Origin: a virus
IMG/VR virus record: IMGVR_UViG_3300045988_140636
Direction: 5' to 3' (one strand)
Length of the DNA stretch: 64,000 bases
The notes under the pieces are model-generated. The model searched no databases and had not been told where the DNA came from. It saw only the letters and a list, made by a program, of their open reading frames with translations. Position numbers and translations under genes: made by a program. Each line of letters starts with the position of its first letter. Position 1 is the stretch's first letter. Of this stretch, positions 1-10,900 are shown piece after piece.

Positions 1-34
1 ACATTATGGTGAAATTTTTTATTAGGGAGAAAGC

Positions 35-69
35 AAAAAAAAAGGAGGAATATTGTTCCTCCTTTTTTT
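35..69 (-). terminator. intrinsic terminator (A-run, AGGAGGAA/TTCCTCCT hairpin, T-run) downstream of the last minus-strand gene; bidirectional
   Basis: Perfect 8-bp inverted repeat at 43-50/56-63 flanked by A8 and T7 runs, directly after stop of ORF 99..4136. Confidence 0.6.
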
Positions 70-98
70 ATCTACAATATGCTTCATTAGTAGACACT

Positions 99-3000
99 TC
101 ATTGTTTAAAGAATGGAATTCCTGTTTCTGGATGTAATCCCCTGTATATAGTTCTATTCATTGGAATTACAGGAGATTCAAAGAATGACTTATATGCTGT
201 GCTATGTCCTTCATATCTGCCTGATTGTATCTCATCTGTATAGTTCCAAGGATTGAGTAATTTAGTTAAATCCAGTATATTTTCTATTGTATTTACACCA
301 GCAGCAGGAGATTTAACGATCTTTAAGCCTTCTGAAATCATAGATTTTCCAGGTATCATAGCACCTAATTCAGTATATAATCTTCTCGTCTGGTATTCAG
401 TCATTCTGACTAGCCATGGCCTATCCTTATCATCAGACCACTTAATGAGACCTATAATAGCCATTACTGCTAAGAAATGCCCTGTTTCAGTTAAGGCTCT
501 TTTTATATTAGCTTTTTCAGTAGAAGTAAGTTCATTCCACCTAGCGGCAATATTAAATTGAGTCTCTCTTAAATCTCTTGCGAGCTGCAATAGAAATCTA
601 CCACTCGTTCTATAATAACCTTCAGTCCAAGCATCTAAGTCATAGTTATATGAAGCTGATTTGAATCTTCTATTCAAAGATGGTTTTATCCACTTCCTGA
701 ACATCATACCCATTCTACCAATAGCCAATCTCTGTACTGCAGATCTATCAGCTTTATTATAAATACCGTGCATTCTCTGATTAATCGCAGCACTTCTTCG
801 ACTAAATTTAATAATATCATCTTGTGTGAAATCAGAACCATCAGCTTTTTTATAACCCTGCTTTAATTGAAGTTTAGTCCCTAGTTTCTTATTATTTTTA
901 TCAATAGGTACTACCTCCATGGCATCCCATAGACTAACAATCTTACCATTAGGAGCTTTCATCTTATAAGCATCTGCTAATGCTAAAGAAGTTCTATTCT
1001 GCATCCAGTGTTCTCCTGCATTATTCATAAAGAATAATGTAGATGTGCCAAACATTCTGCTGAACCAAGTCTTCCTATCAAAGTTCACTTCTCTGACATC
1101 CTGCTCATATTCCTGCATTACATTGAACAACTCATCCCATAGGGCAAGTTTGCTTGTCTTTACTCTATTGCCTATCTCAGCAAGATATGCAGGAAGAGAT
1201 TGACCATATATCCTATCAGCAGTAATTGTATTCTTCTCATTGAAGAACTCACCAGCAAATGACTCAATTCTCATCATCACTTTACCAGTAGCTATATTGG
1301 AAATACCTGAAAGAACATTGAGTGCTAAGTTGTTCATAGAAGTAACTCTATTTGCAAAGTTAGCAACTTTACCCTTATCAATATTTGTCTTGCCAAATGT
1401 ACCTTCATCTGCCATGTATCTTCCATATACTTGCATTTCAAAGAAGTCATTCAGTCTTTGGACAAATCTTGTAGCTTCTCCTTCTTTGGTTAATTTACTC
1501 TCAACCTTTCTACCTACTGCCTTGAACTTTTCTACAAGTGGCTTACCCCCTTGAGTTTGAATTACTTGCCTTTCTCTTAACAAGTCTCTACCTAATTCAA
1601 GCACATCAATAACCTTGTTCATTTCATCAAAGTCATTAGCCATTGCAGCATAGGCTGTGAGAGTACTTACAATGTCAGTAGACAAGTCATTTGCACTTTC
1701 TCCCTCTTTCAGTTTAGTAAAGTATATAGGAAGAGTCTGTACCTCATTGCCTTCAAAGTCCTTCACTGTAGCTCTGTCTCCAAAGTCCACATCATCAGTT
1801 CTTCTAATAAACTCATCCTTGATACTTTTCCATATCTGCTTTGCCCCTGACCTCACACCATCAGATGACTTAACTCTCTCAAGTAAGTCCTTTCTTATCT
1901 TGACAGCATTAGTAAGTGTAGTGTACTTCTCAGGCAAATAAGAATCCAACTGGGACTTAATGTTCATCACTGTATCATAATACTCTTTCTGAGCTGCATT
2001 TAGTCTTTGGTATTGCTTATTACCATAGATTGACATCTTAGGTACTTTCTTACCATTGACTATTTCCATATTGGCATCAAACCAAGCTTGTCTTTCTTTC
2101 TTATACTTCTCAGCATTTTCACCAACAGGGTTCTTTCCATACTTCTCATTAAGAGATTTGAACATTTCCCTTACTTTCTCCTTGAACAGGGCTTGATTGA
2201 TTTCAGAGATGTAATTACCACTTAAATTACCCTTACTATCCCTCTCAAACATCCAGTCAGTATTCTTAATACCAGCCTTTTCAAGTTTGATAGTAGCAGC
2301 CTGTAATTGTTTCATCACATCAATGGTTCTTGATCTTGCCTGTTCTTTACTCTTCTTGACAGCTTGATCCATTACCTTTAACATATAATCCGAAGAATCT
2401 GCCATACTATCCAGCCATCTATCAAAGAAAGATATATCCTTATCAGCCATCTTCACCAAATCCTCGGCCTTAATTACTTTACCCTTAAATTTGCCAAAAG
2501 GTATCATAATATTTTCCCCTACAAAAGGTTTGATAAAGTCTACAAATAATGGCATAGACACACTATTATATTTAACAAATAAGTCTCCAAGCAAGTTAGA
2601 AGTATCATTTAATAATACTCTCACTCTTTGACCATACCTATTGTCATCATATCTCTCTTCATCCACTAGTGCCTTCCTTATGTCCTCTATAATATTCTTA
2701 TAAGAGTACATATAATTCCTCACATCCCTTAATACAGAAGCTCTCTTATTTACATTAGTTGCCGGAGTATCCCTTAGTAATTCAAGTCTGTAACTTACTT
2801 TTTGTAACTCTTCAAGAGCATTATCAAGAAAAGAGTAAATTCCTTCAATTTCATTGTTATCATATAGCTCCATTTCTAGTCTATCAATAAGGAGCCTTTG
2901 ATTGGTACTAAATTGACTATTAGGATTTCTCTTTTCGTAAATCTTAAGTCTTCTAAGCTCATTATTAATAATATTCTGTAGTACTTTTCTATCTCTTTGA

Positions 3001-4136
3001 ATTCTTTCATTGGTTTGATAGAATAGATCAGATGACTTGATATTATCTATACTTATCTCCTCATCCATTCTACCATTAAGGATATCCCTTGCTAATCTAC
3101 TAAAATCTTTATCTGCTTCATATATAGCTTTTTGTATCTGGTTGACATTTATGGTCTTGAAGAAGGATTTAATAGCTGAGATAACTCTCTCCAATAAGTT
3201 CTTATAGGGTTTCTGTTCTATGGGTTCTGATTTTAACAAATGTTTTGCAAGTAATTTACCTGCTGCTTCCTTGGCTAATTTAGAAGTATCTCCATTATAG
3301 AGTGTATTATATGTATCATATTCATCACCAAGTATTTCATCTACGAGACCATTTGAATTTAGGTTATTGATTAATCTATTAATAATAGGAGACTCTCCCA
3401 TAGCTTCAATAGCAAAGTGAGCAAACTCTTCAGGAAGAGCTTTCTCTCCTTCAATACCATTAGCCAACCTAATCATCTCTACTAATCCATTAGCTGCTGT
3501 TTTTGCTGTATCAAAATCAGTAACCCCATTAATACCCATTCTTTTCTCAAGATTTGTAAGAACTCCTGTTGTAACACCGTTAGCTGCTAGAATATCTCTT
3601 AATCTATTATTGAGATTGGAATTGTATATCATTTTATCAGCTTCAATTGAATTGAGCCTATTTCTCTTTTCAACTTTTACTCCTATGAGTATTCTTGGTG
3701 ATTCAGTATCTTGAATCTTAATGATTCTAGCTACATAATCATCTCTGAAATCTGAGGTTTGATTGAATGAGATTGCTTTCTGTAATAGTGTCTGATAGTT
3801 CTCATCATTATTTATCCAAAGAGCGGGTCTATTCATTCCTCTCTTATAGTATCCAATATCTCTATTCAGCTTTTCAAGTACTTTAGACTCAGGAATAACA
3901 TCACTAAAATTAGTCTTTTTCAGCAAACTATTGATTGTGGGTTCATTGTTTTCATCTAATGTTAGCTTAGAATTCCAATTCTTAATAAATTCACTACTCT
4001 TAGTAATTAAATAAAGTCTGGTAGCTTCTGATCTATTATTCCCAGTGTAGGCAAGCAAGCCCTTGAAGAGCTTGCTGTCTACTATCTGGCCTTTATCATT
4101 TCTCACTTGAGGAATAATTGCACAATTTCTTGACAT
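99..4136 (-). CDS. giant virion-associated protein of the crAss-like RNAP/cargo block (1345 aa)
   Basis: Third of three back-to-back giant minus-strand ORFs (stop/start 4136/4143); position and size typical of the crAss-like virion RNA polymerase/ejected-protein cassette; no short motif I can name. Confidence 0.4.
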   Translation of the reverse strand: MSRNCAIIPQVRNDKGQIVDSKLFKGLLAYTGNNRSEATRLYLITKSSEFIKNWNSKLTLDENNEPTINSLLKKTNFSDVIPESKVLEKLNRDIGYYKRGMNRPALWINNDENYQTLLQKAISFNQTSDFRDDYVARIIKIQDTESPRILIGVKVEKRNRLNSIEADKMIYNSNLNNRLRDILAANGVTTGVLTNLEKRMGINGVTDFDTAKTAANGLVEMIRLANGIEGEKALPEEFAHFAIEAMGESPIINRLINNLNSNGLVDEILGDEYDTYNTLYNGDTSKLAKEAAGKLLAKHLLKSEPIEQKPYKNLLERVISAIKSFFKTINVNQIQKAIYEADKDFSRLARDILNGRMDEEISIDNIKSSDLFYQTNERIQRDRKVLQNIINNELRRLKIYEKRNPNSQFSTNQRLLIDRLEMELYDNNEIEGIYSFLDNALEELQKVSYRLELLRDTPATNVNKRASVLRDVRNYMYSYKNIIEDIRKALVDEERYDDNRYGQRVRVLLNDTSNLLGDLFVKYNSVSMPLFVDFIKPFVGENIMIPFGKFKGKVIKAEDLVKMADKDISFFDRWLDSMADSSDYMLKVMDQAVKKSKEQARSRTIDVMKQLQAATIKLEKAGIKNTDWMFERDSKGNLSGNYISEINQALFKEKVREMFKSLNEKYGKNPVGENAEKYKKERQAWFDANMEIVNGKKVPKMSIYGNKQYQRLNAAQKEYYDTVMNIKSQLDSYLPEKYTTLTNAVKIRKDLLERVKSSDGVRSGAKQIWKSIKDEFIRRTDDVDFGDRATVKDFEGNEVQTLPIYFTKLKEGESANDLSTDIVSTLTAYAAMANDFDEMNKVIDVLELGRDLLRERQVIQTQGGKPLVEKFKAVGRKVESKLTKEGEATRFVQRLNDFFEMQVYGRYMADEGTFGKTNIDKGKVANFANRVTSMNNLALNVLSGISNIATGKVMMRIESFAGEFFNEKNTITADRIYGQSLPAYLAEIGNRVKTSKLALWDELFNVMQEYEQDVREVNFDRKTWFSRMFGTSTLFFMNNAGEHWMQNRTSLALADAYKMKAPNGKIVSLWDAMEVVPIDKNNKKLGTKLQLKQGYKKADGSDFTQDDIIKFSRRSAAINQRMHGIYNKADRSAVQRLAIGRMGMMFRKWIKPSLNRRFKSASYNYDLDAWTEGYYRTSGRFLLQLARDLRETQFNIAARWNELTSTEKANIKRALTETGHFLAVMAIIGLIKWSDDKDRPWLVRMTEYQTRRLYTELGAMIPGKSMISEGLKIVKSPAAGVNTIENILDLTKLLNPWNYTDEIQSGRYEGHSTAYKSFFESPVIPMNRTIYRGLHPETGIPFFKQ

Positions 4137-4142
4137 ATCTTA

Positions 4143-7064
4143 TTAACTTAATAAATTTATTGTACCACAAATACTGTCACCATTTTCATCTCTATAATCT
4201 ACATTAGGCTGAATAGACGTTACATCATTTTCTGAACCTGAGGGAATTTCAAGGGAAGAGCCATATATATCTTCATAAGCCTGTCTTAATGCATCCTCAC
4301 TAAAGGCCTCTCTGTACATTTCAGAATAAGCCAAATCCTCTTCTGTCATTTGAGGAGTTTCATAAGAAGTAACTGCTTCATCAATAACAGCATTAGGATT
4401 ATAACCTTTCTTGTTCTTATCAATTACAGAAGTCATTTCACTTGCTTCCTTACCATACTCATATTCAATAAAGCTATTCTTGAATCCAAGTGGCTCAATC
4501 CTTCTATAGACGGCTACATTAGACTCTTCAACTCTATCTGCAGTTAATCTGTAATAAATATAGTTACCTTTGTTTCTTCTTGCAATGAAATCAAAGAAGT
4601 CATATACAGGACCATCAGGAGTATCTATTCTCTTCTTGATGATTTTTTTATCCCCAAAATTAGCATTTTCATCTATTACAAATGTAACTTCATCCTTAAT
4701 CCCATTATCTTCACCTCTAAATAAAGTTGAAGCATCATCAGGAATTTCAGGAACAAGCTTTCTATTATCAAGATGATTGTAGACATACTGTTCAACAAAG
4801 TCACTATAGTCATCCTCGGATGTAAGGAGACTTCTTAGTGTTTCAATATACTCTGGAACTGCACTTCTTACAGCTACAGGAGCTAAATGAATAAAGGTAT
4901 TAGGACCAAATGCAAAGCCATTTCTGTAGAAGCTGTATCTGAATAAGTTAAGAGCAAGCTTTTGAGCTTCTGGGTTACTCATATATAATAGAGAAGTCCA
5001 GTCTCTCATATATCTTTCTCTTAGAGTGGGACTCAATTGACCAACATTCTTAAACACCACAGTGTCCACAGGATTTGTATCATTTGCCCTTATCACTCTA
5101 AGTCTCTTAATAAACTCAAGGTCAGCTATATCCTCATTCTCTGCAACCACTTTCTTGAAGTAAGTTGGGAAATTATTGATGAAGTCCCTTCTCTTGTCAG
5201 CAGATGTAATCATCTTTGTAGGATTACCATTCTCATCTACTGAACTCCAATCAGGTTCTGCACCAAAGAAATCTGTCTTAGACATTATATAAGCAAGCAA
5301 ATCATTGTAAATACTATTCATAGTCTTCACATTTAATCTACCTGTCTTTGTCATGTTTCTAAGAACATCAACTACCTCATCAAATGACTCAGTGAATTGA
5401 GGGAAATACTTGCTTAACATTCTCTCTGATTGCTTCAATCCAAGTGTGTAGAATGCCTGTAAGAAAGGCAATTTACTTGCAAGCAATTGCTCTCTTATGT
5501 TGTCAATGTCATCATTAAGAGAAATACTGTCACTGATTACATCTGCCCCTACAAGTGGAAACTTGTCATTCTCCTCCATATCTTTCAAGAAGTCTTGAAC
5601 CTTTTGGATTTTGAGCTTTGTATCAGCAATAGTTGGACCTGCTGCACCACCTTGAGTATCAGACCTTGTAGCTTGCACAAGCTGACCAAGGCTATCAGCA
5701 GTTCTCATTATTCTCTTAAATAGGAATCCTACAGCAACTTGTTTCTTATAGAACTCAACCTTACTGTAATCAGAAGTCTGATGGGCACTTGTGATGCCTG
5801 CCATTTCCTTTGCAATAAGGATGTTGTTGGCAAGGTCTTCAATTAGGAAGTCATTATTCTTATAGTTATCATAAGTAACTTCTTCCATCATTGCAGCCTT
5901 CTTCTTATATTCTACAAGGATTTCATCAATCACAGTGTCCTTACCTTTACCTTCTCTACTCTCCCTAAAATAAGTCTGGGTAATATCCATAACAATAGGT
6001 TGTGTCATAAGCAAACCTATCTCAATAGGGTTATAACCTAGTCTTGAAAGAAGCATAGAAGCATCAGCAGTGAATGTATTTTGGTTAATACCAGCCAACA
6101 CAGGATCTTTCACATTATCCACAGATGCAGCCAAGAAACCTGCATTATTCTTTGATATAAACTCTTTGTCTTCATTCATAATGTTATGTAAAGAAATAAG
6201 TCTCTTCCCATTCAATATAAATGAGCCATTCTCTACATCAAGGCCTAATTCAGTATGTTGCATTAAAGCATGATTAGCATTATGATTTGCATATATACCT
6301 ATCAGTTTTGCACCAGTCATATTCTGTTGATGAAGTTGTACTTGAGTTCTTGGAGAAATAGGGTCAAGTCTTTTCTTAGTTTTTTCAGTAAGCCTATCAA
6401 GTTCTTTTAAATCCATTGAAAGTAACTTAGTAATAATCGAGCCATCAGAAATATTTAAGTCTCTTTTTAAATCTGATTCATAGCTCGAACTAAGAATACT
6501 AATAATTCTTGCAGCTTTCTTTTGATAATCAAAACCACCTGGGTTAAGAATCTTAGAGGCTGTATCTGTATTCGTTAGAACTCCCCACATCATATCTATC
6601 ATCAAGTTGTTTCTTGCTTCAAGACTATTTTCTTGTGGAGTTTTATTAAAGTCATACTTTACTTTTCTAATCTTGTATGTATCAAGTCTGTACTTTTCCT
6701 TGTTTTCTTCAAACCATTTCTTAAACTCTACAGGTGCATTTGCAAAGTCCTCTAATAGATTTCCTGCCCTAAATAAGGTAGCTAATTCATCAAGTATTTC
6801 TTGCTCACCTTTAAAGTCCTGTTTTGCTCTTCTGAAGTCAAACTTATCTACCTTGAATTCAGGAAGCATAATATACATCTTATCCACATCAAAGTCAGAA
6901 CCTGACAGAGTGGTAATCTCAGCAGGAAGCATAATTGCAGAACCATTCTGTTGAGGTAAGAATCCTTTGATATACAAAGGAGCCATTGAGTACTTATCTT
7001 CAGTTGGTTGTTTTGTTATCTTACAGATGTTTATTCTGTAATTCTTTATGTTTCCATAAAGCAC
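4143..7064 (-). CDS. virion RNA polymerase-like protein, downstream exon (about 960 aa). The DFDVD motif sits at 6882..6896. The first 15-27 codons of the ORF-track model overlap the intron 3' region, so the true exon start is 6983-7019
   Basis: SGSDFDVDKMY (DxDxD metal-binding-type motif as in crAss-like/phi14:2-type RNAP) about 57 aa from ORF start; the ORF-track start is a GTG lying inside the intron S element. Confidence 0.5.
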   Translation of the reverse strand: MLYGNIKNYRINICKITKQPTEDKYSMAPLYIKGFLPQQNGSAIMLPAEITTLSGSDFDVDKMYIMLPEFKVDKFDFRRAKQDFKGEQEILDELATLFRAGNLLEDFANAPVEFKKWFEENKEKYRLDTYKIRKVKYDFNKTPQENSLEARNNLMIDMMWGVLTNTDTASKILNPGGFDYQKKAARIISILSSSYESDLKRDLNISDGSIITKLLSMDLKELDRLTEKTKKRLDPISPRTQVQLHQQNMTGAKLIGIYANHNANHALMQHTELGLDVENGSFILNGKRLISLHNIMNEDKEFISKNNAGFLAASVDNVKDPVLAGINQNTFTADASMLLSRLGYNPIEIGLLMTQPIVMDITQTYFRESREGKGKDTVIDEILVEYKKKAAMMEEVTYDNYKNNDFLIEDLANNILIAKEMAGITSAHQTSDYSKVEFYKKQVAVGFLFKRIMRTADSLGQLVQATRSDTQGGAAGPTIADTKLKIQKVQDFLKDMEENDKFPLVGADVISDSISLNDDIDNIREQLLASKLPFLQAFYTLGLKQSERMLSKYFPQFTESFDEVVDVLRNMTKTGRLNVKTMNSIYNDLLAYIMSKTDFFGAEPDWSSVDENGNPTKMITSADKRRDFINNFPTYFKKVVAENEDIADLEFIKRLRVIRANDTNPVDTVVFKNVGQLSPTLRERYMRDWTSLLYMSNPEAQKLALNLFRYSFYRNGFAFGPNTFIHLAPVAVRSAVPEYIETLRSLLTSEDDYSDFVEQYVYNHLDNRKLVPEIPDDASTLFRGEDNGIKDEVTFVIDENANFGDKKIIKKRIDTPDGPVYDFFDFIARRNKGNYIYYRLTADRVEESNVAVYRRIEPLGFKNSFIEYEYGKEASEMTSVIDKNKKGYNPNAVIDEAVTSYETPQMTEEDLAYSEMYREAFSEDALRQAYEDIYGSSLEIPSGSENDVTSIQPNVDYRDENGDSICGTINLLS

Positions 7065-7908
7065 GGACTATATCTTCATCCTATAAGGATGTTGGGCACT
7101 CGTGGGTATATTATATTCTATTTTCATAGTTTCAATACCTAGTCTCTGAACCTTTTATAACCATTTAAGTTATAACTTGGCTGCTGATTGTCCCTACTTA
7201 TTGAATTGTCACACACTTGCATATTCCCAGTAATAACCATATCTTTTCTGATGAGTTTTAATACCACTAATTATGTTAGCATCTTTCCTAATATTTCCTA
7301 ATTGTCTGGCAGCTTCTCTAATAGATTGGTAAGTATTTATAATATTACCATCATTATCTATTTGATTAATCTGTCTTTTATTAGGATTAGATTCTCTAAG
7401 TTTTAATCCTATTTTAACTGCTTTATTTCCATAACAGTTATTATAAGACTTAGTACACCATTCAAGATTTTCTACAGAATTATTAGTCTTATTTTCATCT
7501 TTGTGGTTTATACATTCCAAATTGTTAGGATTTGGAATAAAAGTATCAGCTACTATTCTATGTACTGCAATAGTTCTTTTCTTGTTAGTGTCATCGTATA
7601 ATTTCACTATAGGATAGCCACTACTATCAAGTACTGAGGATAAAGGTTTCAAAATGTTACCTTGTCTATAACTAAATACTTTACCACTTTTAGTTACTTT
7701 ATAGCTTGGATATTCTCCAAATCTACTTTTAATATTAAATAGTTCTTCTTCCATATAATGTTTTTGTGTAGATTTATATGTGCAAAGATACTATAAATAT
7801 TTGAATTATGCAAATTTTGTATCAATAATCTAACAGGATGTTCCAGCAATTCACCCAATTTATTATTCTTTAGTATTACTACTAAAGCGAGTCCCAATCT
7901 TTCGATTA
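7020..7908 (-). mobile_element. group I intron (minus strand) inside the RNAP gene, carrying an HNH homing endonuclease; the 3' splice site is approximate (candidates at 7020, 6993, 6984)
   Basis: Minus-strand P (GAATTGCTGGAAC, 7841-7853), Q (CAATCAGCAGCCAA, 7177-7190), R (GGTTCAGAGACT, 7141-7152) and S (AAGATATAGTCC, 7065-7076) elements in canonical order. P2 hairpin with GUAA loop at 7868-7887. P9 hairpin with GAAA tetraloop follows S. Exon ends in U (GTT) and can pair with GACUC (7889-7893) as P1 with a U-G wobble. Confidence 0.7.
7209..7754 (-). CDS. HNH (HNH_3/AP2-type) homing endonuclease with C-terminal NUMOD/IENR-like DNA-binding motif, intron-encoded
   Basis: YKVTKSGKVFS...GYPIVKL...AVHRIVADTF...ECINHKDENKTNNSVENLEW motif pattern; lies between the intron 5' region and the Q/R/S core. 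Confidence 0.75.
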   Translation of the reverse strand: MEEELFNIKSRFGEYPSYKVTKSGKVFSYRQGNILKPLSSVLDSSGYPIVKLYDDTNKKRTIAVHRIVADTFIPNPNNLECINHKDENKTNNSVENLEWCTKSYNNCYGNKAVKIGLKLRESNPNKRQINQIDNDGNIINTYQSIREAARQLGNIRKDANIISGIKTHQKRYGYYWEYASV

Positions 7909-10900
7909 AACTCTATAACCAATCAACTTCCTAAGATCTTTAGGAAGTTTGGTAATATCAAGTTCATGAGTTCCTTCCTTCATAAGGGGTTCATAGAACT
8001 CTCTTGAATAAGCTGGCATGTAACATTCAAGATATTTAATTCTCTTGTTCTCACCTTCCCCTTCAAATACCACATGAAGTTCATCAGTTAAGCCATAATC
8101 AGATACCTGAATCAATGCTCCACCTCTAATCTTCTGTTTGGTGATTTTGCTCTTGATGATACTATTAAGAAGAGTCTGTACTCTTTGAGATTGTACAGGA
8201 TCAAATAATGGAATATTGAACTGACCATTCTCATTAAGGGTACAGGCTCTGACCATATCAATTCCATATCTCTGATTACCTCTAATCTCTTCAAGTAGTG
8301 CCTCCTCTATCTTCTTAGGGTCTTTGAATATATCATTCACATTCTTGAATGCTTGCAAGATATTCTCAGTATTGATTGCATTATACAGGTCCAGCCATTC
8401 CTGCTTGGTCATTTTCTTACCATCAACCTCAATGATAGCATCTGATGCAATATCAGCAGTAATCAACTTTCTAATCTGAGTACCTACAAGCTGCACAGCA
8501 TCAATAGCATGTTCAGGAGTTGCAGTCTGAATACCATAATCTTCATAGCTTATTTTATGTACTACATTAGGATTCTCAATACCATTAGGCATAGTAGTAT
8601 TCTTCAATACCTCCTTTACTTGCCTGAAGTCACTAACCTCGTTAAGGTCAATAACACCTTGCTTCCCGACTTTAGTAGTAGATTCAAATTGAACTACATC
8701 AATATTGTTCTCTTCCATGAATTCATTAATAGCTTTAAGCTTGCTTGATTTACTAAGTGGACCAGCTATTAACTCATGCATGGCAAGTAATAAGAATTCA
8801 GAGTTCTTATGCTGTACAGGAGTCTTAATACCAGTATGACCTTCTACACCACTCATGTTGCTAATTTGGGTATATACATAAGGTTTCTTAGTCTGCCAGA
8901 TGATATTAAAGTCAGCAATGTTCCAAGTACCATTTTTGAAATTATTATATGCCTGCTCCATCTCATCTGTCCATTGGCCAGACATACCAAGTATTGCTCT
9001 ATAGGAGCTTAAACTTCTATAAGCCTGTGCATCTGCAACATTAACTGCCTTAAACTTGTTAATAATATTATCTCTATCCATCTTGGGCATTTCACCTTTC
9101 TTAACTCTCTCATCAAGAACTGTTTCAATATCACTCAGTACTGAAGATACAACCTCATCATCCTTCAAGTAGATAGTTCTTTCCCAATCTCTACCAATTC
9201 TTTCTCCCTTATAAGTAGCTTTGGTATTCATTCTAAGAGCTGGGGCATGAACCTCCTTATATCTCTTCTGAAAGTCCTCTACATTCTTATAGAAAGCTAA
9301 GTCGGTAGTAGTTAACTCAATAATTTGAGAAGTAGCTAATTTACTATTCCAGTAATACTCTCTTAATGCAGCTTTTGTATTATTCTTTACTATAAGGTTT
9401 TTGTTAATACTATCTGCTTCTTGTTTAGTAATATCTCCTCTTATAGACTTCTGATTTATTAAGTCTTTAATTTGTTGGAACAAATCTGTAGCAACTCTAT
9501 CATCTACTGGATTATTGTTGTTATAATCTTTCAATAACAACTCCATATCAGTAGTCCATAAAGTAGTACCAAGGATTTCTTTAGCTTTGATAAGAGACTT
9601 TGCAGTTCTTGAGTTCTGCTGTGATTGACCTGCAAAAGGTAAGTACTTATACTTTCCATTTGGTAACTCATCAAATAAACCAATTCTTGCCCAGTCTCTA
9701 TATGCCTCTTCAAAGCCATTATCCATAACTTCTCTAAGAGTATCTCTAATGAATTCCTTTAACTCAGCACCACTGCCTTCCCTGCTCAATCTACTCAATC
9801 TGTCAAGGAATGTTTCTCCATTATTATATCTAATGGAATTAAGTGCAGGTAAGAACTTAAACTCAGCTCCCCCTATACTCTTAATACTTCCATCCTTCTT
9901 CCTGGAAATATCATAGTTTGCTATAGGGGAGATGTTTGGATTATTATTCTGAAATTCCTCATCTCTTGCTCTGACAAGCATTATTCTGTCATATTCTTGA
10001 TTGACTAAATCAGTTAGTTTATCAAGGATAATATCATCATAAGTCAGCTTGTTCCCATTCTCATCATATTCAACTCCACTTACATATTTTCTGAATCTAA
10101 TGAATTCAGCAGAAGGAGAATCTGAAAGAATAGGGACATGATACCAGGCCCACTTCACACTTGTTCTACTATCTTCTGGGTCTCCCCAATATTCAGTAAG
10201 AAGTGCTAAGGTATAATCTAAGTCATCCCAGTTAGTGTAGTCCACTTTATCAGAGTTCAATACTACTTTATGATTTAGGCCTCTTCTCATTTCCTCAGAG
10301 TTAACCAGTTGCTCTAACCAGTCACTTCTCCATCTCCCATCTTTAAAGAACCACTCATATTGCTTAAACTCAGTATTAATAAATTCTTCAAATCTCTTCC
10401 TATCTCCTCTTACATTCTTAAGCTGTTTAATTAACTTTCCAAGATAATTTGGGGTGACATGAGAGTAATAAGACTTATCATTCTCTCTAACACTACTTTC
10501 AATAGCATCTTCAGTTACATTAGCCATCATATTTGCAATCGCACTATAAGCTGAACCAAATGTATTGATTAAGTCTCCTCTCTTCTCTATTCCATCTTCT
10601 CCTGTTTCTGACTTTATTTCCCCCTTCTTGATTCCTTTGAATATAATATTCAATTGAGGTAGTAGGACCATAATAGGGTCAGTAAACTTAGCTGTATCAG
10701 AAGTTCTAATATCAGTTAGTGCATTTCTTAATATAGAGGGATTGGCATCAATACCAATCATATTCAACAGCTTTAGTATAGTTTTCCAGATCCTATCATC
10801 CTCAAGAAGTTCTAATCTTGCTTCAGTATCCAAATTAGAGAATTTATTGTTTAGAGTTTCGACCCACTTAAGACCTTTTTCAGCATTTTCAATATTTATG

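Noticed and set aside
253-6954. Many 60-120 aa plus-strand ORFs (253..561, 1240..1554, 4350..4547, 6607..6954 and others) inside the giant minus-strand genes
   Set aside because: Low-complexity Ser/Leu/Phe-rich translations that are antisense to long conserved ORFs; they are shadow ORFs of an AT-rich sequence
7694-7897. 67-aa minus-strand ORF between the RNAP stop and the HNH gene
   Set aside because: Lies in the intron P1-P2 region and overlaps the HNH ORF start; most likely ribozyme sequence
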